From NCBI GenBank assembly GCA_031276175.1, contig JAISNP010000045.1, forward strand, positions 6,262-70,261: DNA of 64,000 nt, written 5' to 3'. Shown in pieces: positions 9,229 to 19,728 of the stretch (its first letter is position 1; each line of letters opens with the position of its first letter). The notes below the pieces were generated by a model. That model saw only the letters and a list, made by a program, of their open reading frames with translations, had not been told where the DNA came from and ran no database searches. This DNA comes from Tannerella sp. (GTDB lineage Bacteria; Bacteroidota; Bacteroidia; Bacteroidales; Tannerellaceae). The translations under genes and the position numbers were made by a program.

Positions 9229-10574
9229 AATATTACAGCACTAACCGCCGGACGCCTCCTGCCGCGCTCGAAGACGTGGTGATCCGAAGTCTGGCAGGAG
9301 ACAGGGGGCTGTATATGCCCGAACAAATTCCCGTGCTGGACAGCGCCGTTATCCGTGCGCTGAAATACAAGTCGTTTCGCGAAATCGCCTTCCTCGTCGC
9401 AGAAGCGCTTTTCGGCGACGACATGGAGGCGGATGCGCTGGCGGACATCGTGGCGGATACCCTTTCGTTTGAAACGCCCGTCGTGCATGTCCGTGATTCC
9501 ATTTATGCCCTGGAGCTGTTCCACGGCCCCACGCTTGCCTTCAAGGACGTCGGCGCGCGTTTCATGGCGCGGCTGCTCGGCTATTTCATCCGCAGGAAAG
9601 GCCTTGGGCGGACGGTCAATGTGCTGGTGGCTACTTCGGGCGACACGGGAAGCGCCGTGGCAAACGGGTTCTTCGGCGTGGAAGGCATCCGCGTCTTCGT
9701 GCTCTATCCTCGCGGTAAGGTAAGCCCGATACAGGAATGTCAGTTCACCACGCAGGGAGGCAACATCACGGCAATTGAAATCGACGGCACGTTCGACGAC
9801 TGTCAGGCGCTGGTAAAAGAAGCCTTTGCCGACCGCGCCCTGAATGACTTCATGCTGCTCACCTCGGCCAATTCCATCAACGTGGCGCGGCTCCTCCCGC
9901 AATCGTTCTACTATTTCAACGCCTATGCGCAGATGGACAGGATGGGGAAAGCCGACCATCTGGTCGTCAGCGTGCCCAGCGGAAATTTCGGCAACCTTTC
10001 CGCCGGACTGTTTGCCGCCGGGATGGGATTGCCCGTCGACCGCTTCATCGCCGCCAATAATCGCAACGACGTCTTTTTCTCCTATCTGAAATCGGGAAAA
10101 TACGTCCCTCGTCCCTCTACGGCTACCCTCGCCAATGCGATGGATGTGGGCAATCCGAGCAACTTTGCCCGCATCCTCGACTTGTTCGGGCACGACCATG
10201 CAGCCATCGCCCGCCGGATTGCCGGACATGCCTGCGACGACGAAGAGATTGCCGGCGTCATACGCCGCGTATTCCGCGACTGCCGTTACCTGCTCGACCC
10301 GCACGGCGCCTGCGCCTGCCGCGCGCTGGAGGAGTTCCGCCTCCTGCCGCAACAAACCGGGCTGTTTCTCGAAACGGCTCATCCGGCTAAATTCAAGGAC
10401 ACGATCGACCGTATCCTGAACGCCGACATCGACATCCCCGACACGTTGCAGGCTTTCATGAAAGGCCGGAAACGGCGAATCCCCCTAAGCAAGGACTTCG
10501 GGGGATTCAGGGCGTTTTTGACGGACGGCAATTCACGGGAAACAAAAAAACGTCCGGCTAAATCATCGTTTTGA
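9225..10574 (+). CDS. thrC: Threonine synthase
   Basis: 449 aa with the PLP-lysine context GPTLAFKDVG. Last gene of the thr cluster. Confidence 0.93.
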   Translation: MKYYSTNRRTPPAALEDVVIRSLAGDRGLYMPEQIPVLDSAVIRALKYKSFREIAFLVAEALFGDDMEADALADIVADTLSFETPVVHVRDSIYALELFHGPTLAFKDVGARFMARLLGYFIRRKGLGRTVNVLVATSGDTGSAVANGFFGVEGIRVFVLYPRGKVSPIQECQFTTQGGNITAIEIDGTFDDCQALVKEAFADRALNDFMLLTSANSINVARLLPQSFYYFNAYAQMDRMGKADHLVVSVPSGNFGNLSAGLFAAGMGLPVDRFIAANNRNDVFFSYLKSGKYVPRPSTATLANAMDVGNPSNFARILDLFGHDHAAIARRIAGHACDDEEIAGVIRRVFRDCRYLLDPHGACACRALEEFRLLPQQTGLFLETAHPAKFKDTIDRILNADIDIPDTLQAFMKGRKRRIPLSKDFGGFRAFLTDGNSRETKKRPAKSSF

Positions 10575-12200
10575 TCATTCCGCATAACGGTAATGTATCG
10601 AACCGTTGACGGGGCAGCTCGCCACATTGTCTATTACGCCGTTCGGACGGATGGTATATGCCGTGATGCGGCATTTCGACAGGTTCACGGTTCTTTTCGT
10701 ATTAAATTCGCTCGTGCGGACGGTGAATTTTTTCACCGTTTCCTTTCCTCTCACTACCTGTCCGAGGTCTGTGCCGGACAGCGGGTCGTTGCCGATCGAA
10801 CAGGTGGCTATGTCGTTGTGCACGTAATCGCGTACTACGGTAAAACCCGTCTCGGACGCGGGGTCGGGAACCTGCTGGCTGTATGTGATTCCGTCTTCGA
10901 CAATGAATGCAAAGAAGCGGTAATTGCCTGTTTCGGCTCCTTTTATTTTTACCGTGAAATGAATATCCGTGCCGTTCACGCTCGATTCGATGGCGATGCC
11001 CGTCCCGGAAGCGCCGTTCCTGTCTTTTACCGAATTTTCTATGGATTTGGATATTCTGCTGATTGTTGTCGTTGCCGTAAGCTTTTCATCGTATTTGAGA
11101 TTTATTTTTGAGGAAGGAAAATAAACGTCCGAACTCAGGTTGTTGGCTATCGTGCCCATCGCGCCGGACAGATTGCTGTCGCAATGTTTTCCGCCCATGT
11201 GAAGCGCAATGCGGTGCACTGCCTGTCCGGGCGTGTTTTTCTGCACTTCGCGAATCGCCGATTCCACGCGCGGACAGTTGGGGCAAATGGTCGAGGTAAA
11301 ATCCATTACTACGTGTTGCATGAGGAATTGTTTGTCGACATAGGCGGCGCTGATTTCTACTTCGTTTGACTTTTTCCCGTCGTAAGCGGCGTAAAACGTG
11401 TATGTGCCGTAATTTTCCGTGAAAAATACGGACGCGTCGAGCGCCGTCTCCGTTCCGTCGTATTTTTGGAAAATGACGGCGTCGGATGTCACATCCTCCT
11501 CGTCGAGCGTTACCGTGAATGTCGCCTTTTCGGAAGCATCCGCCGTGACGGATGTGCGGTCTGCGGCCAGCAGAAACGGCAATTCCGTCGCTTCAATGCG
11601 TATCTCGTTCGACTTCACCCCGTCGTAAGTCGCATAAAATGTATACGTGGAAGGCGCTTTTGCGGAAAACGAAACGCGGTCTAAAACCGCCTCCTGCGCT
11701 CCCGTCAGGGTAATGACGGCCGACGGCGTCACGTCAAGCCCGTCGGCCGTGACGGTAAACCGCGCCGCATCTTTGCCGTTGGCCTTGATGGTTTCCCTGT
11801 CGGCTTGGAGCGCCACCACGACGGCAATCGCGTCGATACTGATTTCGGCGGACGTTACACCGCCGTAACTTGCGTAGAACTTGTATGTGCCCGCCTCGTC
11901 GGCAGCGAAATGATTGCCTGCCACGGTGTCCGTGCCGTTCGTTTCTTTCTTGCGGATGATAAAGACGTCCGAAACGACCTCCACGTCATTGGCCGTCACG
12001 GTAAATACCGTCGAATCACGGCCGTTTGCCTTAATCGAGGTTTTGTTTGCCGATATTTTCACGACGACCGGCTTTTCCGGTTCCGGGGAAGGCGCTGTTT
12101 TATCGTCGTCCGAGCAACTCCATATACAAAGCGCCGCTAATACATACGGCAATAGAATGAGGCGTTTTCCTGTCTGTTTCATTTTCAAATAAAATTTCAT
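10575..12200 (-). CDS. Lipoprotein with three Ig-like repeats and a C-terminal thioredoxin-fold/Omp28-like domain
   Basis: Signal peptide plus lipobox (LAALCIWSCS). Three repeats of about 90 aa (..IKANG.D...FTVTA....V....) are followed by a CPNCP motif. The start is placed after the promoter box at 12224-12231. Confidence 0.7.
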   Translation of the reverse strand: MKFYLKMKQTGKRLILLPYVLAALCIWSCSDDDKTAPSPEPEKPVVVKISANKTSIKANGRDSTVFTVTANDVEVVSDVFIIRKKETNGTDTVAGNHFAADEAGTYKFYASYGGVTSAEISIDAIAVVVALQADRETIKANGKDAARFTVTADGLDVTPSAVITLTGAQEAVLDRVSFSAKAPSTYTFYATYDGVKSNEIRIEATELPFLLAADRTSVTADASEKATFTVTLDEEDVTSDAVIFQKYDGTETALDASVFFTENYGTYTFYAAYDGKKSNEVEISAAYVDKQFLMQHVVMDFTSTICPNCPRVESAIREVQKNTPGQAVHRIALHMGGKHCDSNLSGAMGTIANNLSSDVYFPSSKINLKYDEKLTATTTISRISKSIENSVKDRNGASGTGIAIESSVNGTDIHFTVKIKGAETGNYRFFAFIVEDGITYSQQVPDPASETGFTVVRDYVHNDIATCSIGNDPLSGTDLGQVVRGKETVKKFTVRTSEFNTKRTVNLSKCRITAYTIRPNGVIDNVASCPVNGSIHYRYAE

Positions 12201-12223
12201 GTTTTTGTTTACAATACGGGGGG

Positions 12224-12231
12224 CAAAGGTA
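12224..12231 (-). promoter_or_regulatory. -7 promoter box (TACCTTTG on minus strand)
   Basis: Matches TAnnTTTG about 24 nt upstream of the ATG at 12200. Confidence 0.55.
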
Positions 12232-12478
12232 TACATTATATTCTTATGGAGACGTGACGCCTATTTCTTTTTCCCGATTCATGCTGCGCGCCTTGCAGCC
12301 TGTCGGGCAACGAATCCGATATTCATATTTTTTTTTAAAACGCTGCATTTTTCTTCACATTCTCCGTCGCCTCCCCGAAAAAAAACGCATGTGACGGCGC
12401 AAAATGTCTCCAAAAACAGGATATTCGAAAAATAATGAGCCTGAACATTAATTTCCAGCGATTTGAACTTAACTCCCT

Positions 12479-12835
12479 GCGACGCGGACTTGAGTCCCTG
12501 CGACGCGTACTCAAGTTCGCGCGATGCGAACTTGAGTTCCTGTGACGCGTACTCAAGTTCGCGCGATGCGGACTTGAGTTCCTGCGACGCGTACTCAAGT
12601 TCGCGCGACGCGGACTTGAGTTCCTGCGACGCGTACTCAAGTTCGCGCGATGCGGACTTGAGTCCCTGCGACGCGTACTCAAGTTCGCGCGATGCGGACT
12701 TGAGTTCCTGCGACGCGTACTCAAGTTCGCGCGATGCGAACTTGAGTTCCTGCGACGCGTACTCAAGTTCCTGCGATGCGGACTTGAGTTCCTGTGACGC
12801 GTACTCAAGTTCCTGCGACGCGTACTTAGGTTCTA
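12479..12835. repeat. Tandem array B: 17 units of 21 bp alternating between two types (42-bp super-unit); hairpin concatemer
   Basis: Unit starts at 12479, 12500, 12521, 12542, 12563, 12584 and onward. ACTCAAGTTCGC-GCGAT-GCGAACTTGAGT forms a 12-bp stem with a 5-nt loop every 42 bp. Confidence 0.95.
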
Positions 12836-12912
12836 ATGACGAAAAAATAAAGTTTTTTTGTTACGCAACGTTTATTTATCATCGTTTACCCCCTGTTTGT
12901 CAAATAAAATCC

Positions 12913-12920
12913 TATCTTTG
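12913..12920 (+). promoter_or_regulatory. -7 promoter box TATCTTTG for proB
   Basis: Matches TAnnTTTG 23 nt before the ATG at 12943. Confidence 0.6.
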
Positions 12921-12942
12921 CCGTCCGATAAAAAGAAAATTC

Positions 12943-14040
12943 ATGACCGGACAATTAAAGCGAATCGCCGTGAAGATAGGGAGTAACGTGCTGGCGAACG
13001 GAGACGGGACGCCGGACGTGCAGCGCATGTCTGATCTGGTAGATCAGGTCGCAGCCTTGCACGCGGCGGGGATTAGCGTGGTACTGATTTCGTCCGGTGC
13101 GGTAGCTTCGGGGCGCGGCGAAATCAAGCCGGCGAAGAAGCTGGACGCCGTTTCGTCGCGCCAGTTATATTCGGCCGTGGGGCAGACCGTCATGATGAGC
13201 CGCTATGCAGCCCTGTTTCGCCGCCACAATCTGGTTTGCGGACAGGTGCTGACGTCGAAAGAAAACTTCGCCGACCGCACGCATTACCTGAATCAGAAGA
13301 ACTGCATGGAAACGATGCTCGAAAACGGCGTCATCCCGGTGGTAAACGAGAATGATACCGTCTCGGTAACGGAACTGATGTTTACGGACAACGACGAATT
13401 GTCCGGGCTTGTCGCCGCAATGCTGAACATGGATGCGTTGATTATCCTGAGCAACGTGGACGGCATTTTCGACGGCGAGCCGTCACAGCCGGACAGCCGG
13501 ATAATCAGGTCGATAGGCCGGACGGACGATTTGTCGTCCGTCATCCGTCCCGGCCGCTCTGCGTTCGGCCGCGGCGGGATGCTGACCAAATACCATCTCG
13601 CACGAAAGGTAGCCGGCGAAGGCATCCCCGTCATCATCGCCAACGGCGCCCGCAAAAACATCCTCCTCGACCTGACGGCAGGAAAAGACGTAGTCTGCAC
13701 CCGCTTCCAGCCCTCGGAACGCGCCTTCAGCAACATCAGGAAATGGATTGCCCATTCGGAAGGCTTTGCACGGGGCGAAGTGCACATCGACGAAGGCGCC
13801 GAAAAAGCGCTGTATGCCGACAGAGCTACAAGCATACTCTTCGTCGGAATAAAGCACATCGCCGGCCGCTTCATGAAAGACGACATCGTGAAGATAATCA
13901 ACGCACGCAGCATCCCCATAGGCGTAGGACGCGCAGGGTACGACAGCGAAAAAGCCCTTTCGCTGATCGGCAAACGCAACGCACGCCCCATGATTCACTG
14001 CGATTACCTGTATCTGGACCGGACGGCTTTACCGGAATAA
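12943..14040 (+). CDS. proB: Glutamate 5-kinase
   Basis: 365 aa with an amino-acid kinase N-terminus ([10 protein letters not shown]) and a PUA-like C-terminus. The start is downstream of the promoter box, not at the repeat-derived longest ORF. Confidence 0.92.
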   Translation: MTGQLKRIAVKIGSNVLANGDGTPDVQRMSDLVDQVAALHAAGISVVLISSGAVASGRGEIKPAKKLDAVSSRQLYSAVGQTVMMSRYAALFRRHNLVCGQVLTSKENFADRTHYLNQKNCMETMLENGVIPVVNENDTVSVTELMFTDNDELSGLVAAMLNMDALIILSNVDGIFDGEPSQPDSRIIRSIGRTDDLSSVIRPGRSAFGRGGMLTKYHLARKVAGEGIPVIIANGARKNILLDLTAGKDVVCTRFQPSERAFSNIRKWIAHSEGFARGEVHIDEGAEKALYADRATSILFVGIKHIAGRFMKDDIVKIINARSIPIGVGRAGYDSEKALSLIGKRNARPMIHCDYLYLDRTALPE

Positions 14041-14057
14041 ATGAATACATAAACAAT

Positions 14058-15308
14058 ATGAATACTGTCAAGAAACAAATCCGGCAGGCGGCGGAAGCCT
14101 CCCTCGACCTGCGCGAATGCAGCGATGCACAACTCAGCCGCGTATTGACCGATGCGGCCGACAAACTGTCCGCCCGTCAAACGGAAATACTGGAAGCCAA
14201 CCGCCGGGATCTGGCGCACATGAAACCGGACGACCCGAAATACGACCGGCTGACACTCACGGCCACACGCCTCAATGAAATGGCGGACGGCATGAAACAG
14301 GTCGCACGCCTCCCCTCTCCGCTGGGAAAGACGCTTGCCGAAGACATAAGACCCAACGGAATGCGGATCACAAAAATATCCGTGCCGTTCGGCGTAATAG
14401 GCATCATTTACGAATCGCGTCCGAACGTGACGGTCGACGTATTTTCGCTCTGTTTCAAATCCGGTAACGCCTGCATCCTGAAAGGCGGTTCGGAAGCCGA
14501 CTGTTCGAACCGCGCGCTGGCCGGCATCATTCGCGAAACACTGGAACAGCACGCCATCAATCCCTTTACATGCACCCTGCTCCCGCCCGAACGCGAAGCA
14601 ACCGACGCCCTGATGCAAGCCGCAGACAGCGTAGACCTGCTGATTCCGCGCGGCAGCAGCGCACTGATTCGACACGTGCGCGAACATGCGCGCGTCCCGG
14701 TAATCGAAACCGGCGCAGGAATATGCCACACCTATTTCGACAAAGACGGCGACATAGAGAAAGGACGCGCAATCGTCCGCAACGCCAAAACGCGCCGCGT
14801 AAGCGTATGCAACGCCCTCGACTGCCTCATTATCCATCAAGACAGGCTGGCCGACTTACCCTGTATATGCAGCCTCCTGGCCGACAGCCGCGTCCTCATC
14901 TTTGCCGACGGGCAGGCGTTCGACGCACTGTCCGGACAATATCCGCCGTCGCTGCTGCAACCGGCCGTCGCCGAAAGCTACGGTACGGAATTTCTGGACT
15001 TCAAAATGAGCGTCCGCACCGTGCCGTCCCTCGACAAGGCGCTGGAACACATTGCCGCCTGCGGCTCGAAACACAGCGAATGTATCGTCAGCGAATCGCC
15101 CGAAGCCATTCGCCTCTTCGCACTCAAAGTAGATGCCGCCTGCGTATATGCCAACGTCTCGACGGCCTTTACCGACGGCGCGCAGTTCGGCTTCGGCGCC
15201 GAAATCGGCATCAGCACCCAGAAATTACACGCCCGCGGCCCGATGGCGCTGCCGGAACTCACTACATATAAATATATCATCGAAGGAAACGGACAGACAA
15301 GAAACTAA
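14058..15308 (+). CDS. proA: Glutamate-5-semialdehyde dehydrogenase (gamma-glutamyl phosphate reductase)
   Basis: 416 aa in the aldehyde dehydrogenase fold with a catalytic Cys context ([10 protein letters not shown]). Lies directly after proB. Confidence 0.93.
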   Translation: MNTVKKQIRQAAEASLDLRECSDAQLSRVLTDAADKLSARQTEILEANRRDLAHMKPDDPKYDRLTLTATRLNEMADGMKQVARLPSPLGKTLAEDIRPNGMRITKISVPFGVIGIIYESRPNVTVDVFSLCFKSGNACILKGGSEADCSNRALAGIIRETLEQHAINPFTCTLLPPEREATDALMQAADSVDLLIPRGSSALIRHVREHARVPVIETGAGICHTYFDKDGDIEKGRAIVRNAKTRRVSVCNALDCLIIHQDRLADLPCICSLLADSRVLIFADGQAFDALSGQYPPSLLQPAVAESYGTEFLDFKMSVRTVPSLDKALEHIAACGSKHSECIVSESPEAIRLFALKVDAACVYANVSTAFTDGAQFGFGAEIGISTQKLHARGPMALPELTTYKYIIEGNGQTRN

Positions 15309-15343
15309 GCGGAAGAAATAACCAATAATAAACAATCAAAGAT

Positions 15344-16297
15344 ATGAGACATTTTACTTGTGTACACGACATCGGAGACTTGAATCAAGCCGTACGCGAC
15401 GCGCTGGAAATCAAAAAAGACCGTTTCCGTCATACCGCGTCGGGACGAAACAAAACGCTGCTGATGATCTTCTTCAATTCAAGCCTGCGTACGCGCCTGA
15501 GCACGCAGAAGGCCGCCATGAATCTGGGGATGAACACCATTGTGCTGGATGTAAATCAGGGTGCATGGAAACTCGAAACCGAGCGGGGCGTCATCATGGA
15601 CGGCGATAAGCCCGAACATCTCCTGGAAGCCATTCCCGTAATGGGATGCTATTGCGACATCATCGGCATACGCTCGTTCGCCCGCTTCGAAAGCAAGGAA
15701 GACGATTACGAAGAAAAGATTCTGAATCAGTTCATCCGCCATTCCGGCAGACCGGTGTTCAGCATGGAGGCGGCCACCCGCCATCCGCTGCAAAGCTATG
15801 CCGACCTGATTACCATCGAGGAATACAAACGGACGGAACGCCCTAAAATAGTCATGACCTGGGCGCCTCACCCGCGCCCGCTCCCGCAGGCAGTCCCCAA
15901 CAGCTTCGCGGAATGGATCAACGCCGCCGGATACGAACTGGTAATTACGCATCCCCAAGGATACGAATTAGACGCATCCTTTGTCGGAAACGCCCGTGTG
16001 GAATACGATCAGCGCAAGGCGCTCGAAGGAGCCGATTTCGTGTACGCCAAAAATTGGGCGGCGTATGCCGATCCGAATTACGGCAAAGTGCTCGGCGTCG
16101 ACCGCGCATGGACGGTAGACGCCGAAAAAATGGCGCTGACAAACCGTGCATGGTTCATGCACTGCCTCCCCGTCCGGCGCAACATGATTGTCACCGATGA
16201 AGTGATCGAAAGCCCGCAAAGCATCGTTATCCCCGAAGCCGCCAATCGCGAAATCGCGGCGCAAGCCGTCCTGAAAAAAATCCTCGAAGGGCTGTGA
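15344..16297 (+). CDS. argF': N-succinyl/acetyl-ornithine carbamoyltransferase (Bacteroidetes ArgF'-type)
   Basis: 317 aa with transcarbamylase motifs SLRTR, HPLQ and HCLP. Resembles the Bacteroides fragilis ArgF' class. Confidence 0.85.
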   Translation: MRHFTCVHDIGDLNQAVRDALEIKKDRFRHTASGRNKTLLMIFFNSSLRTRLSTQKAAMNLGMNTIVLDVNQGAWKLETERGVIMDGDKPEHLLEAIPVMGCYCDIIGIRSFARFESKEDDYEEKILNQFIRHSGRPVFSMEAATRHPLQSYADLITIEEYKRTERPKIVMTWAPHPRPLPQAVPNSFAEWINAAGYELVITHPQGYELDASFVGNARVEYDQRKALEGADFVYAKNWAAYADPNYGKVLGVDRAWTVDAEKMALTNRAWFMHCLPVRRNMIVTDEVIESPQSIVIPEAANREIAAQAVLKKILEGL

Positions 16298-16341
16298 ATC
16301 GTTTCTATCCTTTCGGGCGCAAACAGGAGACCGTATATAAT

Positions 16342-16659
16342 TCAGGCTTCGCCGGGAATGTTCCCGAAAGGTGGAATCAGGTTGCCGTCGAATGACGCGG
16401 CAGCCTTGCCGTTTTGTGTAAGTTCGTCGAATTTGCGGATATTGTCCTGCAAGGCGAACAGCAGGCGTTTGGCATTGTCGGGCGTCAGGATCACGCGGCT
16501 TTTCACCCTGGCTTTCGGCACGCCGGGCACTATGCGGATAAAGTCAATGATAAACTCGGAGTTCGAATGGGCTATGATTGCAAGGTTCGCATACGTGCCT
16601 TGCGCTGTCTCCTCGGAGAGTTCTATTTGAAGTTCATTGTTTTTCGGACTGTTTTCCAT
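16342..16659 (-). CDS. DUF3467-like small protein
   Basis: 105 aa. The sequence ..YANLAIIAHSNSEFIIDF.. is typical of this conserved Bacteroidetes family. Confidence 0.65.
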   Translation of the reverse strand: MENSPKNNELQIELSEETAQGTYANLAIIAHSNSEFIIDFIRIVPGVPKARVKSRVILTPDNAKRLLFALQDNIRKFDELTQNGKAAASFDGNLIPPFGNIPGEA

Positions 16660-16684
16660 AACTGTCGATTATTTAATTTCGGCG

Positions 16685-16692
16685 CAAAATTA
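16685..16692 (-). promoter_or_regulatory. -7 promoter box (TAATTTTG on minus strand)
   Basis: Matches TAnnTTTG about 26 nt upstream of the start at 16659. Confidence 0.5.
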
Positions 16693-16745
16693 CATGAAAA
16701 TTCCGGATATCCAAGTGCGCGGAATAAAAATAGAGAACCCCGGCG

Positions 16746-18110
16746 TTATTGCGCTTTTTTTTGTTCGATGTTCGGTAATTCCAGGCCGTAGCCTTTCTTT
16801 TTGTCCTCTTTCTTAAGCAGAAAGGCCACGAATGCCGCCGCTACGCCGAAGCTTGCGAAAATAATCATCGGAAGCGTATAATCGTAAGGCGTGTCGGGAT
16901 TCCCCGTCATGCAGTATTTTGCCAGCACCCAGCCGATCAGCGTGGGGACGCCTGCAAGTCCGATGTTCTGTACCCAAAAGATGGTGGCATACGCCGAACC
17001 CAGCATATGCTGCGGAATGATTTTGGGGACGGACGGCCACATAGCCGACGGCACAAGCGAAAACGCTATCCCCAGAATGACCATCACCGCGGCGGCAAAC
17101 CACCATACGTTCAGTACGGGCAGGGCAAAAAGTACGTGTACGACAATTATCAGGAACGCGCCGAGATACATGATGCTCGCCCCCTTGCCCGTCCTGTCGT
17201 AGAGGCTTCCGAATATCGGCGTCAGCACGATAGCCCCCAGCGAAATAAGCGACGGTATATAGCCCGCCCAGTCTTCGGGTATTCCGTATTTGTTAATCAT
17301 CAGCGACGTGGCATATTTCAAAAACGGAAAGACGGCAGAGTAGAAAAGTACGCACAAGACGGCGATCAGCCAGAACCCTTTTATCCTTATCATCTGCCTG
17401 ATGTCTTTCAGGCGGAACGATTCTTCGGGTGCGGAGTTTGTCCCCCTGATGGATTCGTCCAGTTTGCGGTCCATCACGCAAAATACGATAAACGAAAGCA
17501 ACCCGATACAGAGAATAGCCAGCCCGAACAGTACGGGGGCGGATATTTCGTTGAATTTTTTTGCCAGAGGCACGGAAAGCGCAAACGCCAGCGACGTCCC
17601 GATGCGCGCCGTGGCCACTTGCAGACCCATTGCAAGGGCAATCTCCTTGCCTTTAAACCAGCGGGCAATGATTTTGGTCACGGTGATACCCGCTATTTCG
17701 ACGCCTGCCCCGAACGTGGCAAACCCTGCACATGCCAGCAACACCTGCGTCCGCATACCGAAAACGTAACCTTCGTGCGAAAAGAACGGCGAAACGGCAT
17801 AATATTTCACGGTGCATCCGACTATCATCAGGAAGCACGCCAATATGCCCGTAAAGCGCATACCTTTCTTGTCGAGTATCACTCCGCCGACAATCAGTAT
17901 GAACAGGAAGACGTTGAACCATCCGTATGCACCCGTGAACAGGCCGTATTCCGTCCCGCTCCATCCGAAATTTTCTTCGAGCATGGTTTGCAGCGGCGCC
18001 ATCACGTCCGTAATAAAGTAACCGCACATCATAGTGATAGAAACGATCGCCAGTACGCCCCAGCGGGCTACGGGATTGTCGTTAAGTTTTTTGCGTATTA
18101 TTTCCGTCAT
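16746..18110 (-). CDS. MFS transporter
   Basis: 454 aa with about 12 TM segments. A gap of only 20 bp to folC suggests co-transcription. Confidence 0.85.
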   Translation of the reverse strand: MTEIIRKKLNDNPVARWGVLAIVSITMMCGYFITDVMAPLQTMLEENFGWSGTEYGLFTGAYGWFNVFLFILIVGGVILDKKGMRFTGILACFLMIVGCTVKYYAVSPFFSHEGYVFGMRTQVLLACAGFATFGAGVEIAGITVTKIIARWFKGKEIALAMGLQVATARIGTSLAFALSVPLAKKFNEISAPVLFGLAILCIGLLSFIVFCVMDRKLDESIRGTNSAPEESFRLKDIRQMIRIKGFWLIAVLCVLFYSAVFPFLKYATSLMINKYGIPEDWAGYIPSLISLGAIVLTPIFGSLYDRTGKGASIMYLGAFLIIVVHVLFALPVLNVWWFAAAVMVILGIAFSLVPSAMWPSVPKIIPQHMLGSAYATIFWVQNIGLAGVPTLIGWVLAKYCMTGNPDTPYDYTLPMIIFASFGVAAAFVAFLLKKEDKKKGYGLELPNIEQKKAQ

Positions 18111-18130
18111 ACCGGGATTGGATTATTGTT

Positions 18131-19432
18131 TTATGAGTGTATAAACATGGGTATGGCATCGGCCACGACAAACGTGCTGCCTCCGATAAAAATCATGTCG
18201 TTCGGTTGCGAATCTTTCAAGGCAGCCAGCACAGCCTGATCCACCCGGTCAAACACCGATCCTTTAAGGCCGTGCCGTTCCGCTGCCGCTGCAAAATCCG
18301 CTGCCGGAAGGGCGCGCTCCACGGATGCCTGCGTGAAATAGTAGGAAGCCCCGGACGGCATCAGCGACAGTACGTCGCCGGTTTTTTTGTCGTTTACCAT
18401 CCCCACCACCATTCGTAACGTCGAATGTGTGTGCATACATTTCCGCAACTGAGGGCCAAGATATTCCCACGCCCCGGCATTGTGGCCTATATCGCATATT
18501 ATTAGCGGGCTGTGTCTGAGCGTTTGCCATCTGCCCATCAGTCCGGTCGATTCGGTAGCCGTTTTAAAACCGTTTACGACGGCTTTCGACGGAATCTTGA
18601 AACGCATCTTCCGCAGCAGTTCCAGCGCCGAAAGCACGGTGCGTGCGTTCTGTTCCTGAAACACTCCCGGCATGTCGTTTTCCAGCAAGCCGTAGTCCCG
18701 CGAATAGAAACGCCATAATCCGTTGTCCTGCTGTTCGGATGCGGACAGCAGGTGCATCTCTTCGGCGAAAAACAGCGGCGAATGCATCGTTTTTGCCTTG
18801 TCTGCAAATACATGGCGCACTTCCCTGTTTCTTGCTTCGCCTATCAGCGCGGGCACGTTGGGTTTGATGATTCCGGCCTTTTCGAAAGCGATACGGCTCA
18901 AACTTTCGCCCAGATACTGCGTATGGTCGATGCTGATATTCGTGATGATACTCAGGATGGGAGTAACGATGTTCGTACTGTCTAACCGCCCGCCAAGCCC
19001 CGTTTCGACAATGGCCACGTCTACCTTCTTGTAGTGAAAGAACTCGAAAGCCATACATGTCACCACCTCGAAAAACGACGGCTTGAGAGGTTTGATAACC
19101 GAATAATATCTTTTCACGAAGTCGGTAACGTATTGTTTGGACACGGCTTTCCCGTTGATACGAATACGTTCGCACAAATCGAGCATGTGAGGCGAAGTAT
19201 ACAGTCCGACCTTAAACCGGGCTTCTTTCAGGATATTTGCAAGCAGATGAGAAACAGAACCTTTGCCGTTGGTGCCCGCGATGTGGATAATCTTGTAATC
19301 GTTGTGCGGATTACCCGTAAGATTGTCCAGCAGGATGCTCCGACCAAGCCCCGGTTTATATGCAACTGCCCCTGATTTGTGAAATGCAGGCGTCACGGTA
19401 TACAGAAAGTCTAATGTTTTCTCGTAATTCAT
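18131..19432 (-). CDS. folC: Bifunctional folylpolyglutamate synthase / dihydrofolate synthase
   Basis: 433 aa with the Mur-ligase P-loop HIAGTNGKGS. Confidence 0.9.
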   Translation of the reverse strand: MNYEKTLDFLYTVTPAFHKSGAVAYKPGLGRSILLDNLTGNPHNDYKIIHIAGTNGKGSVSHLLANILKEARFKVGLYTSPHMLDLCERIRINGKAVSKQYVTDFVKRYYSVIKPLKPSFFEVVTCMAFEFFHYKKVDVAIVETGLGGRLDSTNIVTPILSIITNISIDHTQYLGESLSRIAFEKAGIIKPNVPALIGEARNREVRHVFADKAKTMHSPLFFAEEMHLLSASEQQDNGLWRFYSRDYGLLENDMPGVFQEQNARTVLSALELLRKMRFKIPSKAVVNGFKTATESTGLMGRWQTLRHSPLIICDIGHNAGAWEYLGPQLRKCMHTHSTLRMVVGMVNDKKTGDVLSLMPSGASYYFTQASVERALPAADFAAAAERHGLKGSVFDRVDQAVLAALKDSQPNDMIFIGGSTFVVADAIPMFIHS

Positions 19433-19665
19433 TTTGCGCCGTAAAAATAGACATTATATTTTTTTTAATAGGAAAAGTGTTTCGCGAATTATTCTGAAAA
19501 ATACATTATGTATATTAACATTAGATTAATCCGATTACAATTCAATACTTTGCCGGAATCGTTCCGCCTGTGCCGGCATCATCCGGACGAAGCTGTCCTA
19601 TACATTAAATAATATGTATATCGAATATGATCCCTCAACCGCCTGAAAGCCGTAATCTCACGAAA

Positions 19666-19720
19666 GTTCGGACGAGATTCTATCTCGTTCGATTTATTAC
19701 CGCAGATTCCATCTGTATCC
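19666..19720. repeat. REP-like element, CGAGAT-hairpin family (half copy)
   Basis: Its first 33 bp (19666-19698) are identical to 20045-20077. Contains the CGAGATTCTATCTCG hairpin. Confidence 0.85.
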
Positions 19721-19728
19721 TCTTTTTA

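Noticed and set aside
5496-10382. Long minus-strand ORFs 5496-7136 (546 aa), 7975-9210 (411 aa) and 9207-10382 (391 aa)
   Set aside because: They mirror thrA, the ApgM-like gene and thrC, each of which has clear family motifs on the plus strand. The shadow ORFs are Arg/Gly/His-rich and have no domain signatures.
12463-12942. N-terminal extension of ProB through array B (track ORF 12463-14040), and likewise 20539-20868 for the 20869 gene
   Set aside because: A TATCTTTG promoter box at 12913-12920 lies between the array and the conserved ProB N-terminus ([14 protein letters not shown]). The extension would be a 160-aa low-complexity repeat never seen on glutamate 5-kinase. The 20539 case is less certain and is listed as a finding.
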